Shown in pieces: positions 10,239 through 20,208 of a DNA stretch of 64,000 bases (positions within the stretch are counted from its first letter, which is position 1; every line of letters starts with the position of its first letter). The position numbers and the translations under genes were made by a program. The stretch is from an uncultured Solirubrobacterales bacterium. Its GTDB lineage: Bacteria > Actinomycetota > Thermoleophilia > Solirubrobacterales > Solirubrobacteraceae. The stretch lies in NCBI GenBank assembly GCA_963730055.1, contig CAVSQG010000010.1, forward strand, positions 42,042-106,041, written 5' to 3'. The notes below the pieces were generated by a model. That model was not told the DNA's origin, made no database searches, and saw nothing but the letters and a program-made list of their open reading frames with translations.

Positions 10239-10649
10239 TCAGCCGGTTCTGACGATGGCCGTCCCGCCGAGCACGGGGCGCCCGTTGGCGGTTGCCACCA
10301 GCTCCAGCTCAGCTTGTGCCGCGTCCGCATCGATAGCGGTGATTGTGCCGGCGCACTCGAATCGCTCGCCGGCGAAGACGTTGTCGAGGAAGCGAACCTT
10401 GAACGAGACCAAACGCTCCGCACCGCCCGCGAAGCGCACCGCGGCCTCGACGAACCACGTCATGTTGAGGGCTCCCTGCGTGATCAGGCCGTCCCCGATG
10501 CCGCGTGCACGCGTCACCGCCGGATCGAGATGAGTCGGAGTGGGGTCCTGCAGGATCGCGGCGACCGTCTTGATCCGTTCGGAGTCGACCGACTCGATCA
10601 AGAATGGAGTCACCCGTTGCCCGACGTGGAGCTCGTGCCCTTCCGTCAC
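10239..10649 (-). CDS. MaoC family dehydratase, paralogue of 9336-9752
   Basis: QDPTPTHLD, ITQG, VRFLDNV. Confidence 0.85.
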   Translation of the reverse strand: MTEGHELHVGQRVTPFLIESVDSERIKTVAAILQDPTPTHLDPAVTRARGIGDGLITQGALNMTWFVEAAVRFAGGAERLVSFKVRFLDNVFAGERFECAGTITAIDADAAQAELELVATANGRPVLGGTAIVRTG

Positions 10650-11080
10650 GCGTCGCCGTTCCCTCGCGGGAAGATCCACACGTTGGTGCACATGGCCACC
10701 GGAGAGTCCGAACCCTTCTCTCTTATCGTCACCCTGAACGAGAGCTTGTCGAAAACCCCGGCACGGCGACCGCTCTTGCGCTCGACCTCGAACACCTCCG
10801 CGTCGCACTCGTAGGTGGCACCGGCGCGCAGCGTCCCGTGGTACTCGACTCCGAATTCGCCGAACGTCACCCCGCTTTCGACGGTGGCACCCATCATCGC
10901 GACGATGTCCTGCACGGTCACGCCCATCCCGTACGACGCGACCACGTGGGCAAGCCCAGGATGAGCGGCGTATACCGGCGGAAGCTGGGCGGCATCCGAC
11001 CACAGCCAGCAGACGTACTCCGGCAAGGTGTACGTGCCTGCTGGAAACCGGCGGCCCACGAGATCGGAGTAGTCCGGCAC
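10646..11080 (-). CDS. hot-dog fold partner protein, paralogue of 9749-10183
   Basis: FPAGTYTLP, CWLWSDAA, VERKSGRRAGVFDK; leaderless GTG after TAGACT. Confidence 0.75.
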   Translation of the reverse strand: MPDYSDLVGRRFPAGTYTLPEYVCWLWSDAAQLPPVYAAHPGLAHVVASYGMGVTVQDIVAMMGATVESGVTFGEFGVEYHGTLRAGATYECDAEVFEVERKSGRRAGVFDKLSFRVTIREKGSDSPVAMCTNVWIFPRGNGDA

Positions 11081-11089
11081 GGCCGCGAG

Positions 11090-11109
11090 TCTACCTAATG
11101 TTTGGTAGA
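11090..11109. promoter_or_regulatory. operator
   Basis: TCTACCTAATGTTTGGTAGA. Confidence 0.85.
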
Positions 11110-11139
11110 AAAACCAGCCGGCATCTGTTACCGTTTCCT

Positions 11140-11159
11140 GGTCCCAAACGTTAGTTAGA
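11140..11159. promoter_or_regulatory. degenerate operator
   Basis: GGTCCCAAACGTTAGTTAGA upstream of ATG 11179. Confidence 0.6.
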
Positions 11160-11178
11160 ACTCGAGACAAGGACCCTC

Positions 11179-12531
11179 ATGACTTCCCCGATCACGGAAT
11201 CGCCCGCTCTCCCAGAGCAGCGCGACGCCCGCGTGCGAGACACGGTCGCGACCTGCTGGGAGCGCTCGACGTTCTACCGCGAGCGGCTGCGCGAGGCCGG
11301 GGTCGAGGCGGGCGACATCAGATCCGTGGCCGACCTCGAGCGGCTGCCGATCCTGCTGCGGCAAGGACGACGAGCGCGAGCTGCAGGAGCAGAGCCGCGT
11401 CGGAGCACGGCCATCCGTTCGGAGAGCATCTGTGCGTCGACCCGGCCGAGGTGGTCGCCGTCGCCTCGACGTCGGGCACGACCGGGACGCCGACGTTCTA
11501 CGCGTTCACGGCCGAGGATGTGGCCGTCACCGACGAGCTGTGGGGCAGAGCGCTGCGAGCAGGCGGGTATCGGCCCTGGCACGCGTCGTCCTGCACGGGT
11601 TCGGGCTGTCGATGTTCCTGGCCGGTTATCCGCTTGCCCGAGCGGTCGAGCGTCTCGGCGCCCAGCTCGATTCCCGTCGGCGCCGAGCCTGGGAGCAAGC
11701 GCCTGCTCGACATCGCCGCGCTGACTCGCCCGGACGCGCTCCTGTGCACGCCGAGCTACGCGAGCTACCTGATCGAGCAGTCCCCGGACACGATGCGCGA
11801 GCTCGGGCTGCGCTCGATCGTGTGCGCCGGCGAACCCGGCGCCGGGCTTGCCCGAGGTACGCGCCCGGATCGAGCAGGCGACCGGCGCCACCGTCTACGA
11901 CGTCCTCGGCGGCGCGCACGGGATCATCAACGCATCCGACGGAGCCTGGCCGTACGACGGGATGACCGTGCTCGGCGACGACTGCTCGGTCCAGCAGCTG
12001 TGGGATTCCGAGGCCGGGCGGCGCGGTGCCGATCCCCGACGACGGCACGCCGGCCTACGGCGAGCGGGTCAAGACGACGCTGCGCTGGCGTGCCCAACCG
12101 CAGCTGCGCAGCTCGGTCGGCGACGTCTACGAGATGCGCCGGGTGCCCGGCGCCGGACGGCGAACTGCAGACGCGGATCCGGGTGATCGGACGCACCGAC
12201 GACCTGCTGATCGTCAAGGGCGTGAAGCTCTACCCGGCGGCGGCGAGCGATCTCGTGGCCGGCTTCGTTCCCCGCGTGAGCGGCGCGCTGCGGCTGCGTC
12301 GTCAACGGCCGGCCGCCGCGCGTCGAACCGCCGCTGCGGACTGCGCGTCGAGCGGGGCGAGGACCAGCGCTCCGACGGCGACGAGGCGCTCGCGCGCGGA
12401 GATCGCCGCCGCGATGCATCAGCGGATGTCGGTACGCCCGGAGGTCGAGATCGTCGACCCCGGAAGCATCGAACGCACTTCCCACAAGGCCAAACTCATC
12501 GAGGTCGTATCCGGAGGGGCGGACGACATGA
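11179..12531 (+). CDS. phenylacetate-CoA ligase (PaaK) family protein (multiple frameshifts)
   Basis: STSGTTGTP, CTPSYA, AGEPG, IGRTDDLLIVKGVKLYP. Confidence 0.85.
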
Positions 12532-13462
12532 TCAACGACAACATCCCGGCGATCGACGCGTGGTGCAACCCGTTCACCGAACTCGGCATCAAGACGATCT
12601 TCACCGAGAACCCCGAGGTCGCGTTCATGATGGGCGACCAGTGGGGCCGTCACGACAACATGCGCTGGCACACGGCCGACGAGTTCGTCGCGTACATGGA
12701 CGAGCTCAACATCTCAGCGCGTGTGCACGCCCGAGTCTGAAGATGATGCGCTACCGCACGCGGGAGATGCTCTCCGACATCCCGCACGAGCACATCGCCG
12801 AGCTCGTCGCGCGCCCATCCCGACCGGATCGTCGGGCTGGCCGGAATCAATCCGATCAGCGGAATGGAGGGCGTTCGGGCGCTCGAGCGAGCGGTCGGCG
12901 ACTACGGCTTCAAGGGCGCGCACGTGCACCCGTTCGGGTTCGGGATCCCGATCAACGAGCGCGAGTGGTGGCCGTTCTACGCCAAGTGCGCCGAGCTCGA
13001 CGTCCCGGTCATCTTCCAGGTCGGCCATTCGGCGGAGTTCATGCCGAGCGCTTGCGGCAAGCCGATCCTGCTCGACGACATCGCGATCTGGTTCCCGGAG
13101 CTGCGGCTCGATCGGCGGCCACACCGGCTGGCCGTGGACCGAGGAGCTGATCGCGATGGCGTGGAAGCACCCGAACGTGTACATCGCGGTGTCCGGCCAC
13201 GCGCCGCAAGTACTGGGACCCGAAGCTCGTGCAGCTTCCTGAACGCGCGCCGGCGCGGCATCGGCAAGGTCATGTGGGGAACCGACTACCCGCTGATCAT
13301 GCACGCCGAGGGCCTGAGCCCAGATCGACGCAGATGGACCTCAAGCCCGAGGCTCGCCGCGCGCTGCTCCACGACACCGCGGTGAAGGTGTTCAAGTTCG
13401 ACGAGCCGCTGCTCAACGACGAGTCGGTGCTGGCGGCGGGAACCGAGCCTCTGCTCGACTGA
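12528..13462 (+). CDS. amidohydrolase_2 family protein (multiple frameshifts)
   Basis: IDAWCN, GFKGAHVHP, PFYAKCAELDVPV, GGHTGWPWTEE, KVMWGTDYP. Confidence 0.85.
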
Positions 13463-13474
13463 CGCCCGCCGGAG

Positions 13475-14280
13475 ATGACGCCCTCAGAGCGCGCCGCGCT
13501 GATGGCCTGCCGCCTGGGACGCGAGATCTCAGACGGCGACGTGGTCGGGGTCGGGTTGGGCACGCCGCTCGCGCTCGCCGCCGCGCTCGCTGCACGGCGA
13601 TGCCACGCGCCGCGTTCGCACCTGCTGGTCGCCGGCGCGCTGTCCCCGGATGCGGACCTGATCACGTGCATGCGCGGCGCAGCCGCGCTGTCCGGCCGGA
13701 CCGCTGCGTTCGTGCCCCACGTGTTGACGATGGAGATGGCCGAGCGCCAGGCGATGACGCTTCAGTTCCTGCGCCCGGCCCAGGTGGACGGCGCCGGCAA
13801 CGCGAACACGAGCAGGATCCGGAATGCAGACGGCTCCGTCCGCCGTCTGCCCGGAGGCCTGGCAACCGCGGACGTCTGGCGCATCTTGCCGCGGGTGGTC
13901 GTGTACCACACCGATCACCGCGAGCGCTCGCTCCCGGAGAAGGTCGCGTTCGTCACCGGCGCGGGCGGCGGCGATCCGCAGCGGGGAACGCGACGGACCC
14001 ACGATCGGCTCATGACCGATCGCGCCGTGTTCCGGTTCACGCCGGAGGGCGCGCAGCTCGAGTCGCTCCATCCGGGCGAGGACCTCGACGAGCTGCGCGA
14101 CGATACCGGCTTTACGTTCGAGGTCGACGACGCCGTCGACCACCACCGCCGAGCCATCGCCGGAGGAGCTCTCCGCGCTCGCGGACGTCGACCCGCACGC
14201 GATCCGCGAGCTCGAGCTGCGCCCCACCCGCGCAAGCCGCGGCGGCGCGGCTCGCCGCCCTGCACGCCTCCGACGGATAA
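13475..14280 (+). CDS. CoA-transferase beta subunit, IpdB-like (frameshifts near 3' end)
   Basis: DGDVVGVGLGTP, AQVDGAGNANTS, RLPGG, LESLHPG, TGF. Confidence 0.82.
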
Positions 14281-14287
14281 GGCGGAC

Positions 14288-15177
14288 ATGGAGAAGCTCA
14301 TGCAGCCCAGCCGATGCGATCGCGCTCATCCGCGACGGTGACCACGTCGCGGTCCAGAGCATGGGGACCCAGGGGATCCCGATGACGATGGTCCGCGAGC
14401 TGATCCGCGCCGGCCGCCGGAATCTGACGATCACCTGCGTGGTGGCCGGCATCGGCATCGACTGGCTGGCGTTGAAGGGCGTGATGTCGCGGTTCTGCGG
14501 CCCGATCGTCTCGATGGAGCGATTCGGCCTCTGTCAGGGATTCCGGCGGGCCGTCGAGGCGGGTGTGATCGAGTTCGAGGAGTACTCCGAGAGCGGGCTC
14601 CTCACGCGGCTGGCCGCGGGCGCCCGGAACCTGCCGTTCGGCGTCACGCGCGCGATGATCGGCACCGACATCTCCCGCGCTGCATCCGGACACGATCGCC
14701 GAGATCGCCGATCCGTTCACCGGCGAGCGCGTTCTCGCCTGCCGATCGCTGCGCCCCGACGTGTGTCTCTGCACGCCCACCGCGCCGATCCGCGTCGGGA
14801 ACATCCAGTACGACGGCGGGAACGATCTGGCCCGACATCCAGATCTATCCAAAGGCGTGCACACGGACGATCGTGACGGTCGAGGAAGTCGTGATCGGAG
14901 GAGGAGGTACGCGAGCGTCCGCACGAAACGGTGATCCCGCACTTCGCGGTCGACGCCGTCGTGGTCGCGCCCCACGGCTGCCATCCGACCTCGTTCTTCC
15001 CGAGACTACGTCTACGACGAGCAGTTTCACGAAGGCTGGGCGACGCTGTCTCGGGATCACCGAGCAGGCGGTGGCTTCGTCGACCGGCTGTGCGCGGCGA
15101 GCTCGCAGGAGCAGTACCTCGAGCTGATCGACGCGGCCGCGCTGGCGCAAACGCGCAACTGGAGGGAGCGGGCATGA
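14288..15177 (+). CDS. CoA-transferase alpha subunit, IpdA/GctA-like (multiple frameshifts)
   Basis: IRDGDHVA, PMTMVRELIR, EEYSES, DPFTGE, DAVVVAPHGCHPTS. Confidence 0.82.
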
Positions 15178-16002
15178 CCGTCCGCGCGCGGCGAGGGCGA
15201 GCGCTCGGACGCTGCCGCAACGGACTACACGATCGACGAGCTGATGGTCGCGACGCTGGCGCGTCAGTTCGAGAACGGAGACCAGGTGGTCAACGGCGCC
15301 GCGTCGTTCATCCCCGTGTGCGCGTTCGCGCTGGCCCGCGCCACGCATGCGCCGGACCTGGTGTGGGTCGCCGGGGGAGTCGGGCTCGACGCCCGGCCGC
15401 GCCGCATCCCCGCCTCGACGCTCGAGGCGCCGCTGTGGCACCGTGCCTCGATGTACATGCGGGCGCTCGAGGACTTCTGGCCGTACGCGCTCAACGGTCG
15501 GTGGCTGACCAAGTTCTGCGTTCGGGGCGCGCAGATCGATCAGTACGGCAACGCCAACAACTCGGTGATCGGACCCGACTATCACCGGCCGAAGGTGCGT
15601 CTGCCCGGATCGGCCGGACTCGGCGACATGGGATCGGTTGGAAAGCGCCTGTTCTACTGGACGACGACGCACGATCGGCGAACGCTCGTCGACAAGGTCG
15701 ACTTCGTCAGCTGCGCCGGCTGGCTCGACGGAGGCGACGCCCGCACCCGCGCCGGCCTCGACGGTGGGCCCGAGCTCGTCGTCACGAACCTCTGCGTGAT
15801 GGACTTCCACCCGGAGTCCAAGCGCATGCGGTTGATCAGCACACATCCGGGCGTCACCGTCAGCGAGGTCCGCGAGGCGACCGGATTCGAGCTGGTGATC
15901 GACGGCGAGGTCCCGGAGACCGTCGCTCCGACGGCCGACGAGGTGCGCCTGATCCGCGAGGAGATCGACCCCGACGGCGCCCGCCGGCGCGAGTTCAGCT
16001 GA
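15174..16002 (+). CDS. CoA-transferase beta subunit, IpdB/GctB-like (frameshift near start)
   Basis: GAQIDQYGNANNS, PKVRLPGSAG, VVTNLCVMDF, HPGVTV..ATGF. Confidence 0.88.
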
Positions 16003-16003
16003 C

Positions 16004-16798
16004 GTGGCGACGTTCGGGGACGATCGGGTTGGGTTGATCACGGGTGCCGGGCGTGGCATCGGCCTGGCCATCGCCAAGCGGCTGGCGGGCAACGGAAACG
16101 CGGTATGCATCACCGACCTCGACGGGGAACTCGCGCAGGCGGCGGCCGCTGCGATCGAGCGCGAGGGCGGGCGGGCGCTGGCGCTCGCGGGCGACGTCAC
16201 GGATCCGGCCGACTGCGATAGCTGGGCCCGCGCCGCCGCGGACCGGTTCGGCGACGTGCACATCCTCGTCAACAATGCCGGGTTGACCCGCGACGCGTTC
16301 GTACACAAGATGACCGACGAGCAGTGGCGCCTGGTTCAGGACGTCGTGCTCGGCGGCGCCTTCAACATGGTGAGGGCCGTGTCACCGTGGTTTCGCGATC
16401 GCGCGCGGACGGCGCCACGGCGAATCGTCAACATCGCGTCGGTGTCCGGGATCTACGGCAGCCCGGGAAACGCCAATTATTCCTCGGCGAAGGCCGGGAT
16501 GATCGGCTTGACGCGGTCGATCGCGATCGAGTGGGCACGCTTCGGCGTGACGGTGAACGCGGTCGCGCCAGGGTTCATCGTGACTCGGCTCACCGCCGCC
16601 CGCGGCGCCGGTGACGAACTGGGCATCCCCGCGGAACTGCGCGACGCGATCGTCGCGCGAATCCCGCTCGGCCGTCCCGGCGACCCGGAGGACGTCGCCA
16701 CCGCGGTGTCGTTCTTCTGCGCTCAGGACGCGGGATTCATAACCGGGCAGGTCCTCGAGGTGCACGGAGGCCTGCCAGACATCAACGTCACTCAGTGA
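16004..16798 (+). CDS. FabG-like 3-oxoacyl-CoA reductase (SDR)
   Basis: TGAGRGIG, NNAGLTRD, NYSSAKAG. Confidence 0.92.
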   Translation: MATFGDDRVGLITGAGRGIGLAIAKRLAGNGNAVCITDLDGELAQAAAAAIEREGGRALALAGDVTDPADCDSWARAAADRFGDVHILVNNAGLTRDAFVHKMTDEQWRLVQDVVLGGAFNMVRAVSPWFRDRARTAPRRIVNIASVSGIYGSPGNANYSSAKAGMIGLTRSIAIEWARFGVTVNAVAPGFIVTRLTAARGAGDELGIPAELRDAIVARIPLGRPGDPEDVATAVSFFCAQDAGFITGQVLEVHGGLPDINVTQ

Positions 16799-16804
16799 CC
16801 CCTC

Positions 16805-16839
16805 GGGAAGAAACTCGGAATATGTCCGAGTTTCTTCCC
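16805..16839. terminator. hairpin between convergent genes, probable bidirectional terminator
   Basis: perfect 15-bp inverted repeat GGGAAGAAACTCGGA-ATATG-TCCGAGTTTCTTCCC. Confidence 0.7.
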
Positions 16840-16855
16840 ACACGCCGGCGGACGA

Positions 16856-17614
16856 CTACAGCGCTGTCTCGCCGCCGTCGGGCACGGTCACCGTCGCCGT
16901 GATGAAGCTCGCGTCATCGGACAGTAGGAAGCAAACGGTCGACGCGATCTCGTCGGCCTCCCCGAGCCGCTTGAGCATGTTCAGCTGCGACGCCGCCGCC
17001 GCTCCCTTCTCGAAGTCACCGCCGCCCCGCGCCGTGTAGAGCGGCCGCGTCATCCCGGTGAGAATCCGGCCCGGGGCCACCACGTTGACGCGGATCTCGG
17101 GCGCGACGTCGCCCGCGATCTGGCGCGAGAACGCGAGGATCGCGCCCTTGGCCGCGCCGTACGGAGCGTTGTTCGGCTGGGCCACGAGCGCCGCGATCGA
17201 GGAGACGTTGACGATCGACCCGGAGCCGTTCTCGCGCATCAGAGGGATCACCTCGCGGCAGACGAGGAACGTCCCGCCCATGTGGACGGTCATCATCTTG
17301 TTGAAGCGCTCGTACGACCAGTCCTCGATCGGCCCGAAGTCGGCGTGCCCCGCGCCGTTGAACACGCAATCGATCGAGCCGAGCCGCTCGTAAGCGGCGT
17401 GCACGGCGGTGCGGACCGCGGTCTCGTCGGCGACGTTCGCCTCGAGGGCGATCGCGCCCGGAAGCTCGGCGGCAACCTCCCCGGCACGCTCGATGTCGAG
17501 ATCGACCAGCGCCACCGTCCCGCCCTCTGACGCGAACCGTCGCGCGGTGGCCGCCGCCAGTCCCGAGCCACCACCGGTGGCGAGCAGCACGCGTCCTTCG
17601 AAGCGGCCGGCCAT
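16856..17614 (-). CDS. SDR family oxidoreductase
   Basis: TGGGSGLA, YGAAKG, RVNVVAPG. Confidence 0.92.
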   Translation of the reverse strand: MAGRFEGRVLLATGGGSGLAAATARRFASEGGTVALVDLDIERAGEVAAELPGAIALEANVADETAVRTAVHAAYERLGSIDCVFNGAGHADFGPIEDWSYERFNKMMTVHMGGTFLVCREVIPLMRENGSGSIVNVSSIAALVAQPNNAPYGAAKGAILAFSRQIAGDVAPEIRVNVVAPGRILTGMTRPLYTARGGGDFEKGAAAASQLNMLKRLGEADEIASTVCFLLSDDASFITATVTVPDGGETAL

Positions 17615-19010
17615 CAGTACCTCCAGCCGTCGCCGAAGGTGGCAAGGCGGCGTCCGAGGATAGTCCTCGACGCACGGTCAGGCCGGCGCGAGCCGCCCGG
17701 TCGACGCCGACGCCGCGCGAGCGGAACGTGTCCGAGGCGAAGTACAGGCCCTCGACGTTCGGGGCGCGCCAGTGCGGTCGGAACCGCCCGACGAGGTTCG
17801 GCTTCTGGATCACGCCGAGACCGGGCTCGTGGACGAGGTGGCGCCGGCGCCAGTACGCCTGGCCGAGGCCCGGGTACATGATCGCCAGGTCCTTCTCGAA
17901 CTGCTCCTGGGCCGCGCAGCATCCACTTGACGTCGCGGACCTTCTCCCCGGGGATGTCGAGACCGCCCACGTACAGGTAGGAGCCCTCCGGGGCGACCGA
18001 CGGGTCCATCGCGGTCATGTTGAAGAAGAAGCCGGCGTGCGGCAGGTTCGGCGTGTGCAGCCAGGTCGCCAGCTCGCGCGGGTCGAGCGCGTGGATCGGC
18101 TCCTTCGTCGCGAGGTACACGCCCAGCCACGTCGCGCGGAACTCGACCCGCGCCAGGTGCTTGATCTGCGCGATGTACCAGTCGGGTAGATCGTGCTTCG
18201 GGCACGACCCGCAGGACGTTCCAGCACCGGCAGCGTCGAGATCACGCAGTCGGTCTCGAGCAGCGTCCTCCTCGAAGATCTCGTTCGGGATCACGTGCGG
18301 CTCTGCCACCGCCAGACCGAGCACGCGCCCGTTCTCGATCACCACGCGCGAGGCGCGGGTGCTCAGTGCGAACCTCGCCGCCGTTCTCGACGACCGCGTC
18401 GCGAAGGTCGTTGAACATCCCGTCCCAGCCCTGGCCCGGCCAGAACGAGTAGCCGCCGATGCCCTTCTCGGAGTAGTGCATCTTGCGCATGTAGAGGTTG
18501 TCCGAGGCCGAGTGGTCCCACCAGTTCTCGGTGATCGCCTCGAGCACGGTGATGAACTCCCACAGCGCGATCACGCCCTCGTGCCGTGGTGTGCTGGAGC
18601 ATCCACTCGCGCAGCGTGCGGTCGTCCCACTCGTCGAACTCCTCATACGGCGTCTCGACGACGATCTGGATCAGCTTCTTGAGCTCGGACTTGTCGGCCG
18701 AGTACTGCTCGCGGATCGAGCCCCAGCGTGACTTCTCGTGGTCCCAGATCACCATGTCGCTCGACGTCGCGCCGTGGATGAGCTCCTTGCCGACGTGCTC
18801 GAAGACCTTCGTGATGCCGGAGCCCGAGTCCTCGACCAGGTGCCCGCCGAGGTTGATCTTGAAGCCCTCGTCCGGGACCGCGACGCCGCGACCGCCGAGC
18901 CACTGGCTGGCCTCGACGATCACTACCGACTTGCCCTCTTTGGCCAGCAGCGCGCCGGCGCTGAGACCGGCGGCACCCGCCCCGATGATCACGACGTCAT
19001 GACGACTCAT
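17614..19010 (-). CDS. FAD-dependent oxidoreductase, phytoene dehydrogenase-like superfamily (multiple frameshifts)
   Basis: IIGAGAAGL, EA..LGGR, DPSVAPEG, NVEGLYFASD..GVDRAARAG. Confidence 0.8.
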
Positions 19011-19027
19011 TCGATCTCCACTCTCCT

Positions 19028-19507
19028 CTATGAACGTCCACTCAGCACGGCCTGGTATTGCGCTGCTTCCTCGGCGTCCGTCGCCTCGAGTCTCATCACT
19101 GCTCCGAACATCTGTCCCGAGACGGACACCAGGCAGATGAACGCCACGAGCTCGACGATCTCGTCCTCGGTGAACTCCTCGCGCAGCACATCGAACTGCC
19201 CGTCGGTGATCGCGCCCGGGTCCTCGGCCACCGCCTGAGCGAACGCGACCGCGAGGCTCTGCGCTCCGTCGAGGTCAGACCGGGGCGCCCCGAGCGACTG
19301 ACAGTATTCACAACCCACCTGCTGCGCGGTGGCTCGCCGGACCGCTTCCTTCAGCTCGAGCGGCAACGTGCCCTTGAACCGCACCGCGTTGTCGAGGCGC
19401 GCGTACGCCGCGAGGATCTCCGGTCGCCGTCCAAGCACGCGGGCCAGGACGCTGTTGGTCACGGCGTTACCGTCAGGATCCGCCGGAATTGGCTCGATTC
19501 GGGGCAC
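19028..19507 (-). CDS. carboxymuconolactone decarboxylase/AhpD family protein
   Basis: LPLELKEAVR, GCEYC, FTEDEIVEL. Confidence 0.85.
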   Translation of the reverse strand: MPRIEPIPADPDGNAVTNSVLARVLGRRPEILAAYARLDNAVRFKGTLPLELKEAVRRATAQQVGCEYCQSLGAPRSDLDGAQSLAVAFAQAVAEDPGAITDGQFDVLREEFTEDEIVELVAFICLVSVSGQMFGAVMRLEATDAEEAAQYQAVLSGRS

Positions 19508-19545
19508 GGTTCTCCTTTCTCAGGTGCGCGCACTCTACAGCATTA

Positions 19546-19565
19546 TCGAACCACCGTTTGATTGA
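19546..19565. promoter_or_regulatory. degenerate operator in divergent promoter
   Basis: TCGAACCACCGTTTGATTGA; TACACT -10 at 19581 lies 7 nt before GTG 19594. Confidence 0.65.
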
Positions 19566-19593
19566 AATTTCTCGCTCGGGTACACTGCCGCGC

Positions 19594-20118
19594 GTGGGCC
19601 TCGAACTTCACTGGCACACCGCGCCCGTCGCGCCGGGCGAGGGAACGGTGGTCGCCACGGGCATCTTCGACCTGCTCCACGTCGGGCATCTGCGCTTCCT
19701 ACGGGCGGCCCGTGCGGCCGGCGCCCGGCTGGCGATCGGCGTCGAGGACGATGAGCGGACGCGGGCACGAAAGGGATCGGATCGTCCGATGGTCCCCGCC
19801 GGCGAGCGCTGCGAGATGGTGGCGGCTCTCGATCCCGTCGACGGCGTGTTCCTGATCTCCGGACCGCCGTCGCTTGCGCCGGCGCCCGCCTACTACGAGC
19901 TGCTGTCCGCGCTCGAGCCGTCCACGCTCGCCTTCACCGAGGGAGACCCGGCCGAGGGCGGGAAGCGTGCCGTCGCCGCGCGCCTCGGCGCCGAGCCGCT
20001 CGTCGTCGCGCACATCCAGGGGCGCTCGACGACCTGGCTGATGGGTCGGCTGTTCGACAGCGGCGCCGCGCCGGCGATCCGTGGGGATGGTCGGCGGCGC
20101 CTGACGGCGGCGCCTTAG
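19594..20118 (+). CDS. cytidylyl/adenylyltransferase family (RfaE domain II/TagD/RibL-like)
   Basis: TGIFDLLHVGH (HxGH), RKGSDRP, GRSTT. Confidence 0.85.
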   Translation: MGLELHWHTAPVAPGEGTVVATGIFDLLHVGHLRFLRAARAAGARLAIGVEDDERTRARKGSDRPMVPAGERCEMVAALDPVDGVFLISGPPSLAPAPAYYELLSALEPSTLAFTEGDPAEGGKRAVAARLGAEPLVVAHIQGRSTTWLMGRLFDSGAAPAIRGDGRRRLTAAP

Positions 20119-20208
20119 GGATGGTCGGCGGCGCCTGACGGCGGCGCCTTAGGGATGGTCGGCGGCGCCTGACGGCGGCGCCTTAGGGATGGTCGGCGGC
20201 GCCTGACG
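20084..20208. repeat. 34-bp tandem repeat, 3 full copies plus a 23-bp partial copy
   Basis: GGGATGGTCGGCGGCGCCTGACGGCGGCGCCTTA head-to-tail, no spacers. Confidence 0.95.

Noticed and set aside
11451-12740. PaaK-amidohydrolase fusion (similarly the permease-ATPase read-through at 52768-54039)
   Set aside because: An ATGA junction (with a GGAGG just upstream at 12528) plus frequent indels makes separate genes more likely
17614-19010. Carotenoid biosynthesis gene crtI
   Set aside because: Only superfamily-level motifs; no crtB or crtE nearby
20084-20208. CRISPR array
   Set aside because: Repeats are head-to-tail with no spacers, and no cas genes are present
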